DNA from: Klebsormidium nitens
Lineage: Eukaryota; Plantae; Klebsormidiophyceae
DNA: 64,000 nucleotides
Direction of reading: 5' to 3'
NCBI GenBank assembly: GCA_000708835.1
Contig: DF237029.1
Coordinates: 86,658 to 150,657, forward strand
Part shown: one piece after another, positions 10,401 through 22,800 of the stretch
How the letters are laid out: every line of letters begins with the position of its first letter
Position numbering within the stretch: the first letter of the stretch is position 1
Position numbers and translations under genes: made by a program
Notes under the pieces: model-generated
Databases searched by the model: none
What the model was told of the DNA's origin: nothing
Seen by the model: the letters and a program-made list of their open reading frames with translations, nothing else

Positions 10401-13368
10401 ACAGGATGCTCTTGAACTCCAGCTGGCCCTCCACCGAGAAGTGCTTCACGGCCAGGTGCTCCTCCCAGTCGTTGGTGAGCGACTTGTAGAAGGCCGCGTA
10501 CTCCTCGCGCGTGATCTCGTCCGGGTTGCGCATCCAGATCGGCTTCTGCTTGTTCACCAGCTCCCACTCGTGCGTCACCTCCTTCACCTTCTTCTTCTTC
10601 TTCTCCTTCTTCTCCTCCTCGTCGTCGGCCTGCGCAAGAACGAGAGAGCTCCTGGTCAGTGCCGGACAGGAACGCGTACAGCCTCTCTTGTAGCAAACTT
10701 CCAAACTGACGGGAAACGGGTCTGAAGAACTCACGAGACAAGACAGAAAAGGGGAAAGACCAAGTACTTTGTGTCGTGAGGGCCTCAGTGGTGAGAAACG
10801 AAAGCAGATGCAACCAGACACAAACTTTGCGATCGAATCAGGAACTCAATGAATCTCCCTTCGTTTGTGCCCTCTGAAAACAGTTACGCATAGATGCAAG
10901 CTATAGGTGCCATACTGCGGTCAAGGACTGGAGACATGTAGAGTGCCAGCAATCAGTTTGACCGGAAGAATGGACCCTCAGCAAAGCACTCTCATAGAAT
11001 CGTAAGTCAGAAGTAGTGGGCAGGCGTTCAGCGGCCAATCATCGTTGAAAGGTCGTCTCCGGAAGTTCTTCAGGAAACGACTGACCACAGGACTCTATCC
11101 GCATTGTCAATTGAGACAAGCTGATCATGAACGCTTACCTCTTCGACCTTGCCCTCCTCCTCCTTGTCCTTGTCCTCCTTCATTTTTTCCTGGTCTTCCT
11201 CATCGTCAGACTCCTCCCGCTCACTGGTCTTCTCCTTCCACAGGCTGATGGGGTAGCTGATGAACTCGGAGTGCTTCTTGATCAGATCCTTGAGGCGCCG
11301 CTCCTCCAGGTACTCAGTCTAGTGGAGCAAGGAGAACAAGTAAATACTCTGATCTGACCTATCCCAGCTGCGACCGACTTGGAATCAGAAAAACTCGGAA
11401 TGGTTCTTCGACAGTTGCAAAGGAGCCAGGTTGGCAACCGGCGTCGAAGATACAGAGAGCGTTCTGTAAATGAATGTTTCAGAAGCTGGTGAATAAGGTT
11501 TCAAAGGTCACACCGCATGCGTAATGAACAAAATACCTAATCAAGGGACGGAAGTGCAAATGCTTCAACAGAGATACGACATCCTTAATGGCGTATTGTA
11601 CTCTCATCCGACCAACAAAAGCACCGATGGATTCTTGCAAACCCAGTTCGACCAAAACCCTAAGCTGGCCAAAACTTGGCTCATGCTCCTGCAGAAACCA
11701 CCAACCACCACACACCACATACCTGGTCCTCTTTCAGGAACAGCGTAATCTTTGTCCCCCTCCCCAAATCCTCTCCGCTGGTATCCCTCTTCACAGTGAA
11801 CGAGCCCCCTGCCTGTGACTCCCAGATGTACTGCTCATCGTCGTTGTGCTTGGTAGTCACCACCACCCGCTCTGCCACTAGGTACGCACTGTAGAAGCCG
11901 ACACCGAACTGCCCAATCATGCTGATGTCACCCGCACCCTGTGTCAGCGCCTCCATGAAATCCTTAGTGCCCGAGCGGGCGATGGTGCCGAGGTTGTTCA
12001 CCAAGTCTGCAATGGCAAAAGTTTTGTTCAGTTTGATGAGGCGGAACATGGTGATACATAAAGCAGTCCAATTGGAACTCGTCAATTAGTCGTCAATGTA
12101 TCAATGGGATATGGCAAAGTTCCATATTGACTGTATTTTACCTTGGTCTCTCTGTATCTGGTCAGCTCAGATGAGAGTTCCAATGGCTTTACATGCTTAG
12201 TTTGGAGCACTCTTTCCCCAGCTTTCCAGCTACATTTCCGGCCACTCTTGAGCTTGCCAAAGAACTGTCTACAAGTTGTATCTCAATCAAAAAATCTACT
12301 CTTGTCAGGATGATAATCCCGCACTCACCTGCTTTTGTCATTCCAATGCCACTGTCAATGATGCTGAGGGTGTTTGAGGTCTTGTCAGGGACAATGTGGA
12401 TGAACAGCTCAGGCTGCGCATCGAGCTTGCTCTTGTCTGTCAGACCCTCAAATCGGATCTTATCCAAAGCCTGCAATAGAAAGGCCAATGACTTGTTCAC
12501 GTATTGATATAAACATTAGGCCACAAACCAGCCCCTGCAGCATCACAAAGCAGGTCATGCGCGAACCATCTGACCTGGCTCTGTCATGCAGGGTTCAGGC
12601 TATCTAATCACAATGTGACGTTGAAACTTATTTAGAGTCAGAAATGCCAGCTAGGCAACACAAACTTCTGGCAAAACTGGATACATTAGCTACATCAAGA
12701 CCAACACTAAGCATCTGTATGGTGGTCAAGGCCCAGATGTTTGAGAAAGCAAGGATTATTCTTTTATCTCATACTCAAGAGTCTCAACTTGACAGGTCTC
12801 AAAACCTAGAGGGAACTGAGCAAGGCTCGCTTGATAGCCTGGCATGCTTCCACAAGGATGCAGTTTGTTTGGCAGTTCGCCGTGCATGACCAAAACGTTT
12901 CAACCTTACACCAACTGTCAAGACTTGCTCGTGCTTCTTTGCACATCTAACAACAACCGGACCTCTCAGTTTCAAAGTTTGCAACATTGTATCCGCAAGA
13001 AGTTCCTGCAGGTCTCTTGAGGGCTCTCCAAAAAAAAGAGTGCAGAAAGCTCCAGAACTTCTTGTTGATTTTTCAAAACTTTGTACCACCACCAGGGTCA
13101 GTGCACATGACCAACAGCGTACATTCAAATGATAAGAAAGTACGTCAGGTCCACATGACGTTGTCAGGTGAGAAACAAAAGAAAACACGGAAAATAGACT
13201 CACATCACTGGAGTTGCTGATCAATTCCCTGAGGAAGATTTCTTTGTTGCTGTAGAACGTATTGATGATCAGACTCAGCAGCTGGTTAATTTCCGCCTGG
13301 AAAGCAAAGGTTTCCACTTCCTGACTCTCCCCGCTCTCCATCCGCACGTCTTCCGTCGTCGTGGCCAT
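7443..13368 (-). CDS. HSP90: Cytosolic heat shock protein 90 (about 722 aa)
   Basis: Exons 13204-13368, 12329-12470, 11723-12006, 11139-11318, 10195-10629, 9540-9728, 8846-9067, 8257-8466, 7443-7784; phases are consistent. Signatures: [39 protein letters not shown], charged linker, C-terminal MEEVD. Confidence 0.99.
9268..9375. repeat. Intronic tandem duplication, about 57 bp x2, in HSP90
   Basis: attctccagagaac...gacagttgacggtacagcacactct occurs at 9268 and 9325. Confidence 0.85.
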
Positions 13369-13637
13369 GCTGTCCTCAATCACCTGCCCTTAGAAGATGT
13401 ATCTTTTAGCGCGTGCTGAATGAGCTGTCCTGTTTGCCGGGCTACCAGAGGGGTTGCTTGAGCGCCTGCAGGAAGGAAGCTTTGTCCAAATGCTGCTCTT
13501 GCAACCGACGGGTGGTCAAGTAACCCTTATGAAGATGCATGACCGGCAGCATTGCCTTTGCAAGGCCTGCTAGCTGGTACTTAGCTTGCCTCTGCCGTTA
13601 CGCTGTCAAGGTATCATCCATCTATGGTGCATTATGG

Positions 13638-13655
13638 TTCTGGAAGGTTCCAGAA
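13638..13655. promoter_or_regulatory. Perfect four-unit heat shock element (HSE) upstream of the HSP90 start codon
   Basis: TTCtgGAAggTTCcaGAA is four alternating nGAAn units, 270 bp upstream of the ATG. A weaker ATCtcGAAagTTC lies at 13716-13728. Confidence 0.85.
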
Positions 13656-15122
13656 CTGGACGGTCCAGAAGCCTGACCAGACACCTATCGACGGTTGCGA
13701 ACACTTCAAGTCGCAATCTCGAAAGTTCATTTCAAAACCGTCCGATTAGTCCTACGGTTCCCCATGAGGGCGCTCGGCCGGCGGCCGCCGTGCTAGCCTT
13801 GCTTCAATACACTGCGCGGGTACTCGCGCAGTGCTGCTCAACATGCGGCCGCGCCGCCCGTTTTAGAGCATTGAACCGTGACAGGCTTGAACTTGCCGCG
13901 CCCGCGTGGTGGGCCGGGCGGCCGCCCCAGTCCGCGCCGCGCCATCGCAGACAGTTGCGGTTGAGAAGACCGTACAGTACGACAGACTTATCGACAGTTA
14001 TTGCTCCGACAGGCGGCTTTGTCGTCATTAGGCCGGCTCAGTCGGCTCGGCTTTTGTCTTATTCGGTAGTTGAAGCGGGTCGCACGTACGATCAAGCCGA
14101 GGGGTGCAATCCCATTTCCAGGCCGCAGATTTCCCGGGGGCCTGCATGTACAATTTACTGTTACCTACCGGTAAATAGGTACTCAATGTAGGGTAACCTG
14201 CAAGTGAGCACACAATGGTGGGTATAGGTAGGTACCGTTACTACCGTATGCGCAGTGCGGTGGTTACGGTAGCCGTCGGTAGGGACTCGGTAGGTACTGT
14301 TTCTGGACTCTGCAATGTGCACTGAGTGCCTACTACGGTACCGTACTGTACCGTGTTCCCCCAAGTTGTGGGTGGGTGCCCGGGAGCCGGGACACCATCT
14401 TCCGAGAAACCTGCAATTTTCTCTGTCAATTTCATTGCGTCTGTCCGACTCTGGCTTCACGTCTGCGACAGACTAACTGATTTACACCAGGTAGTCCACC
14501 GGAGGTCTGGACTCGGGACTAGAGGTCAGTACAAAATTGGAGTGACCTTCAGTTGCAAACGCCGCGAGGTATCAACCTAGTAAAAGGTACTACTACTTGC
14601 TTCAAAATGACGCCAGGTTGCTTGGCTTTTCGACCATCATTCTGTATCTCGAAACGAGGAGTTCGGAGCTGATACAAAGCGCCGGGCGCCCTGGAAGACT
14701 TGCTTGCTACCGCACGCTTCAAAGGCTTGTGCAATGTGTAGTGTAGCACCAGGTGGCAGCTCCATGTTGCAACGGCTGACTCGCGGTTGCATGGATCAAC
14801 CACATCTCTCAAAGGTTGAGACCGAAAGCAACTTGGAGTTGGACAGAACAGGCATGAGTCGGAGGCCGCCGCATGACCTAAACTAATTTGAATGCAGCCT
14901 CAGGCTGTTGAAGACAGCTCCGAGTCTGGAATCTCAAGACAGCAGTTGCACAAATCGGTAAGCACTTAAAGCACTTCACTAGAAAGTTGGGAGCAACAGC
15001 TGCCTCACTCTCTCCTATCCATCTACCAGCAGGTCAAGCTCCTCTCTGTCGTAAGTTGATGCCACAATCTGCACCTGGCACCCAAAATACACACTCACTG
15101 ACATTCTACCTGCTATACAAGG

Positions 15123-17842
15123 ATGGCAAGGCCAGATCTACAGCCGGTGTCGCTCCTGCACACAATGCGGCATGTGCTGTGCTTCGTGCTGACAGGCCTG
15201 AGTGCAATGCAGCACGCAGAGGCTACCTACCTCGGCAGCGGGCTCAAGGCAACGTACTACGGTGATCCCTTGGGAGCTGGAGCAACCAATGGTAAGCGGA
15301 TGACTGAAATCATGAAAGTGGTGACATGTGCTGAGCTCAGATTGAACAGTCGCTTTGAAGTGCATTTCGCTAGGAAGCTTGCTTTCCGCCTGCAGGTGAA
15401 CGCCTCCAAGCGTATGATGATACATAGCTGCTCATGCTTCTGTTGATGCAGTTGACCAGATTGGTACTGCCACCAATCCTTATGATTAATGCAGTAGCTA
15501 TCAATGATTATGCAGTCATTCGGTTCTCAGCACGGACTTCCAAACCAGCAACCAACATTTCTAGAGTGACCCCCAGTCACACCTTTCACTTTCAGAAGCA
15601 CAGATGAGAATGATGCAGTTTCATAGACCATGATTATGATCACCTAATTCCTTTTACTGCAACCATTCGCAAGCCTTGATGATTGAGGACTGAAGTGAAG
15701 CATCATCAGTTTGTTGCGGAACTTGTCCTTCCTGACTAATCTCCCCTGTGCATTTCTCAGATGGTGCCTGTCTCTGGGGCAACGTCCAGCCGGCGTTTGG
15801 TACAAACGTGGTGGCAGCTGGGCCGGCAATCTTCAACAACCGCGAGGGGTGCGGGCTCTGCTTTGACGTCTCCTGCGATTCGTCTCGGGATTCTTGGAAG
15901 GAGCAGCAGCAGCCAGGACCTGATTGCATCGGTAAGGCGGCGCTTGATAGCTGCCAGCTTGAAAGCTGGCACTAATTGCCCTCTTGGGTAAAGAGCTGCT
16001 GTGGGGGAGAGATGATTGCCTTTCATCTGGTCTTAACTTCACTTAACTTACTGTGCTGCTTGACAGACCTCGTCCCATTTTGGAGATGACAGGCAAGGAT
16101 AAAGACATAAACTGGCCCCTCCAAACTTTTCATGTCAAACAAGAAAGAGTGGTGGAGCTTTCCAGGAGTCCTTTTGTGAGATACAGAACCAGCAAGGGTT
16201 AATAGACCACCACTGCATGCTGATGTTGGGACGTTGACATTGTGTTTCTCATTTTGAATGCAGCTGGAAGCATACGGGTGTACGTGACAAACCTCTGCCC
16301 CGAGTGTGATGCAAACCATATCGACTTGAGCATGCCGGTATTCCTCTCGATTGCCGAGCAGCGCGCAGGCATCATTCCCATCACCATGACGCCGTGAGTT
16401 GCACATCTGCGAATCACCAAGTATTAGTTGCTCCAACTCTTGTCCTGTGCTACTCAGAGGGTCTGAAGGTTCTCCAGATCCTTCATGACCTAGTGTTGGG
16501 AGCTTCTTCGACTTCAATCAGGGCCGCAACAATAAGCTTCGGATTTGTACTTGTTCGATGCTTGTGAACCCCGTGTGAATCCCATCTGATCCTGATTGCT
16601 TTGAGCAGACGGACCTCTTCATCTGGTGGTGGTTGAGGGACGAAAATATAGACATACACCTGCTTATTCCGGGAGCAATGTTCCAATCAGCATCCTTTTC
16701 CTATCCCTAATCGCTCATTTGCAACCTAGTCCTCTTATAGAATTGTTTCAAGACTCTTTTCTTGTATACTCATTGTTGCCATGGCGTTGTACAGGTGTGG
16801 CCAGGTCGACAAAAACAAGAACCCGATCTCCGGCTCCGCGGGGTCCGTCTCAACCTCGTCCAAGAGCGCACAAGATTCCCCCTCCGTAACGCCTTCCCCG
16901 CCGGCTGCAACTCCCAGTCCTACGGCCCCTCCCCCCACAAACCCTCCTGACACTCCTCCACCCACAAACCCTCCGCAAACCCCTTCGCCTACGAACCCCC
17001 CTCCTACGAATCCTCCACAAACCCCCTCCCCGACGAACCCCCCTCCCACGAATCCCCCACAAACCCCCTCCCCTACGAACCCCCTCCCACAGAACCCCCT
17101 CAAACGCCTCCCCAACTAATCCTCCTCCCACGAACCCCCTCAAACTCCTTCTCCGACTAACCCTCCCCCCACGAACCCCCCTCAAACTCCTTCTCCGACT
17201 AACCCTCCGCCCACTAACCCCCCTCAAACTCCTTCTCCGACTAACCCTCCTCCCACAGAACCGCCCCAGACGCCCTCCCCTACGGATCCCCCTCCCACAA
17301 ACCCCCCTCAAACCCCGTCCCCGACACCCCCCCCGCCCACAAACCCACCTCCCACGTCCGTCCCGACCCCCCCTCCGACTCAGCCGAATTCAGCCCCCCA
17401 AACCGGGAGCCCGACTCAGAACCCCACGGCCTCGCCGACACAGGCCCCGAGCACCCCAGTCCCCACTGTGAACAGTGTGAAGGCCCTTTCGATAAACACA
17501 CCCGGCCCCACGTCAATCCAGCAGACCCCCACCCCAATGGCCAGCGTAGTCCCCGCCGAACTACTCTCCATGGCGACCGCGGCACCTCTAGTTACCGAGC
17601 CTGCAGCGACGCCGTCCGCTCCAGTGGTAACGGAACCCCTCTCAACGGAAGCGACTGTGTCTGCGGTAACCGCCGACGGGTTGGCGGCAGCGGCTCCGGT
17701 GCAGGCCGCGGCGTTGCAGGCGCAGGGTGTTGCGCCGCCTCTTGTGACGGGGACCCCTCCGATTGTCAGCGCTGCGGATCGTCTGCCACGGTCCGTTGCG
17801 CTGAGCGTTGTATTTATAGCATTGGCCATGCTAGCAATGTAG
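15123..17842 (+). CDS. Secreted expansin-like (DPBB/GH45-like domain 1 only) protein with a Pro/Thr-rich repeat stalk and a probable GPI-anchor signal; assembly has local frameshifts
   Basis: Exons 15123-15291, 15761-15931, 16264-16393, 16795-17842. Signal-like N-terminus; motifs ATYYG...GAC, AAGPAIFNNREGCGLCFDVSC, VTNLCPEC..HIDLS; (QTPSPTNPPPTNPP)n repeats; hydrophobic C-terminus. One in-frame TAA at 17117 falls between three -1 C-run slips. Confidence 0.8.
16920..17400 (+). repeat. Coding tandem repeat, about 42-bp unit encoding QTPSPTNPPPTNPP
   Basis: caaac(c/t)cc(c/t)tc(c/t)ccgac(g/t)aacccccctcccacgaa-type units repeated roughly 9 times. Confidence 0.9.
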
Positions 17843-17921
17843 GAGTCGAGCTTGGGGTACGTTTACCCTTCAAGTGACACAATTTTTGTAGTGTATGATC
17901 AGTAAGAGTTGGTAGGGTAGT

Positions 17922-18025
17922 CCTCGATTCTTTGGTTGCTACCTCAGCAACCGTATAAGTAGGAAGTACTAGGTCCCTCGATTCTTTGGTTGCCACCTCA
18001 GCAACCGTATAGTAGGAAATACTAA
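17922..18025. repeat. 54-bp tandem duplication downstream of the expansin-like stop
   Basis: cctcgattctttggttgc(t/c)acctcagcaaccgtata occurs at 17922 and 17976. Confidence 0.88.
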
Positions 18026-19895
18026 CCTCAAATAGATTGAACAAATGTCATTTTGAAGAAAGATGCGGAGACGCGAATGGGCCGAGTCAAATAGGGCAGG
18101 GACAAACATGTGATTTATTACCACTGCGCCTTAAGGTCCTTGGACTCAGAGTAGGAAGAGGGAGAAACTAAAGAACATGTAACTCAAAAGTAGAACGAGA
18201 GGTACGAAGCTAACGGTCAAAGTAAGGTAGATGTAACGTCATAGGCACTACATAAGAGCTACGATTGACACAGCTGAAGTCATCCAGCTTCTCGGGAGCC
18301 TGTGGCCATTTTTCCTCTGCAACGAGGTTAGGTACGTTGCCAAAGCGCAAACGTTTAAGTTACGGCAGTCTCCTGTGGCTCGATTTGTTCATGCTTCTCT
18401 GCATTCGTCGACTGTCACTCGGACGATGTGATCAGCGGTGACTCTCATTTGAGGAAGGCCTGAGCTTGAAAATGATTTGGTCGGACTCGTATTAGCAACT
18501 ATATAGATAAGTACAAGCTTGGACGTTCATGCTGTACAGCAGGCTGGCCGGGCACACTGCATTCATGCCATGATGTGTGCTGACTGTGTGACTTGGCATG
18601 GCCATGAAGAATGCCAGGTATTTCGAATACAACGCACTTTGTCTGCATATTTAAATGACAAATTGTAATCTTCGAAAAGCTGACGACCGTCACCTCTGGC
18701 CGGTCCTTCTTTATGTACACGTGGCAGGATTGTCGGATGAAACTCCTCAAAGCATGGCCGCTAAGCAAAGGAGGCTTGCTGCTAATCAGGTATTCGATTC
18801 ATTTCCGCTCACAATCGCAGAACCGTATACAGCAGGCCCGCGCGGGGCTACGTACGCGGGTGCCCGCAATCATGTAGCTAGCTATCTGGATTCAACGGAG
18901 GTATTAAGATATTGATTTGTTCCTGCTTGGTCCTGACCACGCCTTCAGTGCAAGTTTGCTTGAGCAATCCACTTAGTGCTTGACGAAAGCTGCTGATAAC
19001 ACTGAGCGTGGGGCATTCAAATTATATCACTGGCCTTGTCACGTCGGATTTCTGGAACAGACAAAAGAACTTGGTAAAATTACTTGCTTGTACCTATCCG
19101 GCCTGCATGACGCCGCATCGCCTTATCATCGCATGTTCTATCTTTGTTTACGTAAGTCAGTCGTTGGTGGCATAAAAGGAACCATGGGACTCGGACACGC
19201 AAGTTGCGGAGACAAGCCATGAAAAGGACGAAATCACCGGTGCAGGGAGGTCATGTCGGTGAGAACCGTCATTCTGCACCAGGAAAGCCGGCTGATGCGG
19301 TGGACAAGTCAAAGCACACACGTCACATATTCATGCAGGGAAGATGGAGAAGTTTTCAAGTCCACTCGGCCTCGATTCACGGTGTTCTACCAGAGAACCA
19401 GTAAGCCCAGGCCGCGACACGATTGACCACTAGCGCCCCTCGATAAGCAAGTGAATGAACCTAGAATCGCACATCCTTTACCGCACTTATTGACACTACG
19501 AGGGATCAAAAGGCATCCTCGGAGACGATTGTCTGGCCATAGCTCGTGGGAGTAGAGAGCCAATAATTTGCACCCATTAAAGGTCCGACGATTAAAAGTT
19601 GCATGTGCTCCTGCTCTTCTCCAGTTTAGGAAACTTCTTCAGGCTTCGGCGAACCGATCTTTGCACACATATTGACCAAGTACAGCGGTACGCAGGGTTG
19701 CCATTTTGTGCATGCTTTTAGGGCAAATGACTCACTTAAGAGTTGGGTCTGGCCGTCAGCGACTCCAAATCTGTTTGGTGGTATCAGCCCCATCCTCGAT
19801 TTTTCTAGCACTAAGCAGTACTAACCTGCATCCATGCGACTGAATTTTTTTTTCTCATGACACGTGACTGCGCTTTCAAAAGTGCTCAACGAAGT

Positions 19896-22800
19896 CTAAA
19901 GAAAGTCCCATATCGTGCCACTCCTATCAGCCTCCATCTGTGCGTTACCTTCCTCCTCTGTCTCCATCGTAACCTCCTCGTTCTGAGTCTCACTGCTGTT
20001 ATCCTGGCCTTCATCATCCACGTGTTCGTCACCAGGCGACGACCCTCGCCGAGCGCCACTTCGGTGCATCTGCCTCCTGCTTGCTGCTGGCGCTCTGTGA
20101 CCGAGGCGACCCACGATGTCGTTCAAGCGAGAGGTAAGAGTGGCCTCGAAGATCTCTGTCAGGTCTTCTACGCCGTTCAGTCCCATAATTCTGATGCACT
20201 CCAACCGGAAGTCACCGTTTGAAGACCCCTTGACCATGGAGAAGACGGAAGTAGCCAGATCGGGGATGGAAGCACGAATCTGCACAGAAGATGGCAACCT
20301 TGTATCTGGTTCAGAAAAACCTCATCGCCAGATTATCACAACGGGGCGATGTGGTAGTCTGCGTCTTTCGCACTTGTGTAAACCCAAAAAAATCTGATCC
20401 CTTGTGAAATTGATGAAGCGGCAGGAATTTAAGAGTGAACTACTTTGCTTTTGGGTTCTTCCAAGTAACCAACTAAGTGAACGTTGTTCAAAATTAGATT
20501 GTCATAAGCTGGTTTCTACGACTCGCCTGGAGTTACGAAGGGTAAGGATGTTGCCTTCTTACGAGGTTGAGGTGGCGAGAGTCTTCTCACCTTCGTTTGA
20601 TAGAAGCTCGAGAAGACCTGGGGAGCTTTCTCCTTGAGTTGGTCGAGGGCACGGCTCACAGACTCCTTAACCAGACGGCTCGCCAGGCTCGCGTGCGGTT
20701 GCTTGCCCGCTTGGTGGCCACGTGCATCAAATGTCAAGGAAGCCGAAGAAGCAACATCCGCTGGATAGGCTCTGATTAGGATTCGTGTTCAACCTTTAGA
20801 ATCAGATCTTGTGACGAGGATTGTTTTGATATATTGAAGAGGTTCAGCTAGCTCTGCTGCGTCCGCAGATCGTACTTTCCTGAATTCACGAATCGTTCAG
20901 AAGTCATCCAGTTGGATGATTGCGCAAATCAGCTCAAACCTTTCAATGTAGATGTAAGCAAAGGACGCGGAAGACAAGTCTCAAAGTCTCTGAGGATATT
21001 GGTCAGGTAACAGTGCACGACGATCTGAAAAGTTACTTTCGAGGGCCCCTTGATCTCCAGCACCGCTTCTCCCGGGCCCAATTGTGCAAAACCGGCGAGT
21101 ACGCATCCGTACTTGGACCACTCGACCTTCTCAAAGCCCTTGAAAATGGAGGGAGGGATCTCGTCCGGTGCAAAGTCGTGGAAGTAGAGGACCTGGATTA
21201 CGGGATGCGCATGATAGTCAAGTTTTAAGAATTTGCAGGTAAGAAGCATTTTTCTGGACTGGCAGAATATGAACTGCTGACATTACCATCATCTTGCAGA
21301 ATTGAAGCACTGGAAAGTCAAAATGCGGACATGACCGTTCAGATGTTCTGTACTTCGAGAGCTTCGAGTCGAAGAGCTCCCAGTAGCCTCCAGGACTCAC
21401 CTTCACTTGTTCACCAATTGAACGGTTTTCTATTTGAAATTCAATACTTTCCTTCTCGACTGTCACACACGAATCTATTTTCCATGGAAGTCTGCTCTGG
21501 CTCCGCGTTGAAGTCGCTTCAGCAGTACCAAACAGAAGATCGCGATCCAGAGAGCTGCAAGATCAAGATGGTGTTTTGCTGCCATGGGACCTGGAATTGC
21601 TGAGAGAACGCTTCGTAAGAATCAGAGAAATTCAATTCTCTTAGAAGTGCTGACGAATCTGCAATGTCGCATAAGAGAACCTAAAGTGCTTCTAACAACC
21701 TGTGGTCCTTCTTAGAGCGGCACACGGCTAGGGAGTTAGAATTGGCCACTGATTTGCAGGAGGCGAGCAAGACTTCTCACTTCATTCTGCCTTCTCCATC
21801 GCGCATCATGCTTTCGGGAACCCTCGAGTCCCCTCTTTCATATTCCATCCTTCGGCTCCACCCGACGCCAAAAGTTAAGCGCTCCACGTTAGATGCTTGG
21901 ATGGGGAGGTGCGCAGCTTGATCGTAGCAGATTTTCTCGACCGCTGAATCATCATTATCGAAGGAATTTGCGTTCATGTCATCTTCGTCGTCCGGCGTCT
22001 GATCGAACCCAACGAGATGCACCTCGATGAGAGTCTGCGCAAGGATTACACGATGCAGAACGAGAATGTTTGAAGGTTTGGAAGCGCACAATTTATTGCA
22101 AAATCTGTCTTGCCTTCTGATCTGTTTTCAAGCGAGCTCAAGCTGAAGCACCAGTGTGAGCTGTTCATTTTGCGCAGAAGAATCCATTTATATCGATTCT
22201 AAGCGATCACTATGGTGCCTGAAAGGAACTATTGTTGAGAGTTGCTTGGCTCACCTTCGGGGATAGAATGGCAAGCCGGTCCAGGTAGGTTTGGACATGG
22301 CGAACGAGCAGGTCACAATCTCCGCTGACTTCCAATGAAACTTCTGTACCACTGCAGACAGTGAATGTTCGCTTAAATAATGGTTACTTTCGTTGCTTGG
22401 TAGACAGATTCAGTCCAGATCACCGAAGAGACGATATGGTTTGGACGAAGACGGTTAGCAAGGAGAAATATCAGTGGATGTCTTTTCCGGCGTGATCGTA
22501 CTTCTGAGCATAGGTCCCGGGGTTGAGAACTATGCCATACCTGAACATGCCCAAAGGCTTGTCTATGCTGGCAAGCTGGAGAAACTCTGGTTGTTGACCG
22601 CCAAGCTTCATTTGGTACGACCGAACTTCCGCGTCCTCAGCAGCTGCAAAGCGACAAACATAAAACAAGCTTAGAGGCTTGTGAAAAAGACGCGGGAGCC
22701 AGGGAAGCCGAATTTCAGCAAACTTTGGAAGTTGATCAGAACCCAACCTTTCCAAAGAAGTCTGCTGCAGTGGCTAACATAGGAAAGGAATTTTGATTGG

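Noticed and set aside
14118-14420. Short inverted match gcagatttcccgg / ccgagaaacctgc
   Set aside because: Only 11 of 13 bases match and it does not extend; not enough for a TIR element.
16920-17400. Regular repeats that might be read as a CRISPR array (also 61981-62300 and 58208-58348)
   Set aside because: The units are contiguous coding or regulatory repeats without unique spacers, there are no cas genes, and the DNA is eukaryotic.
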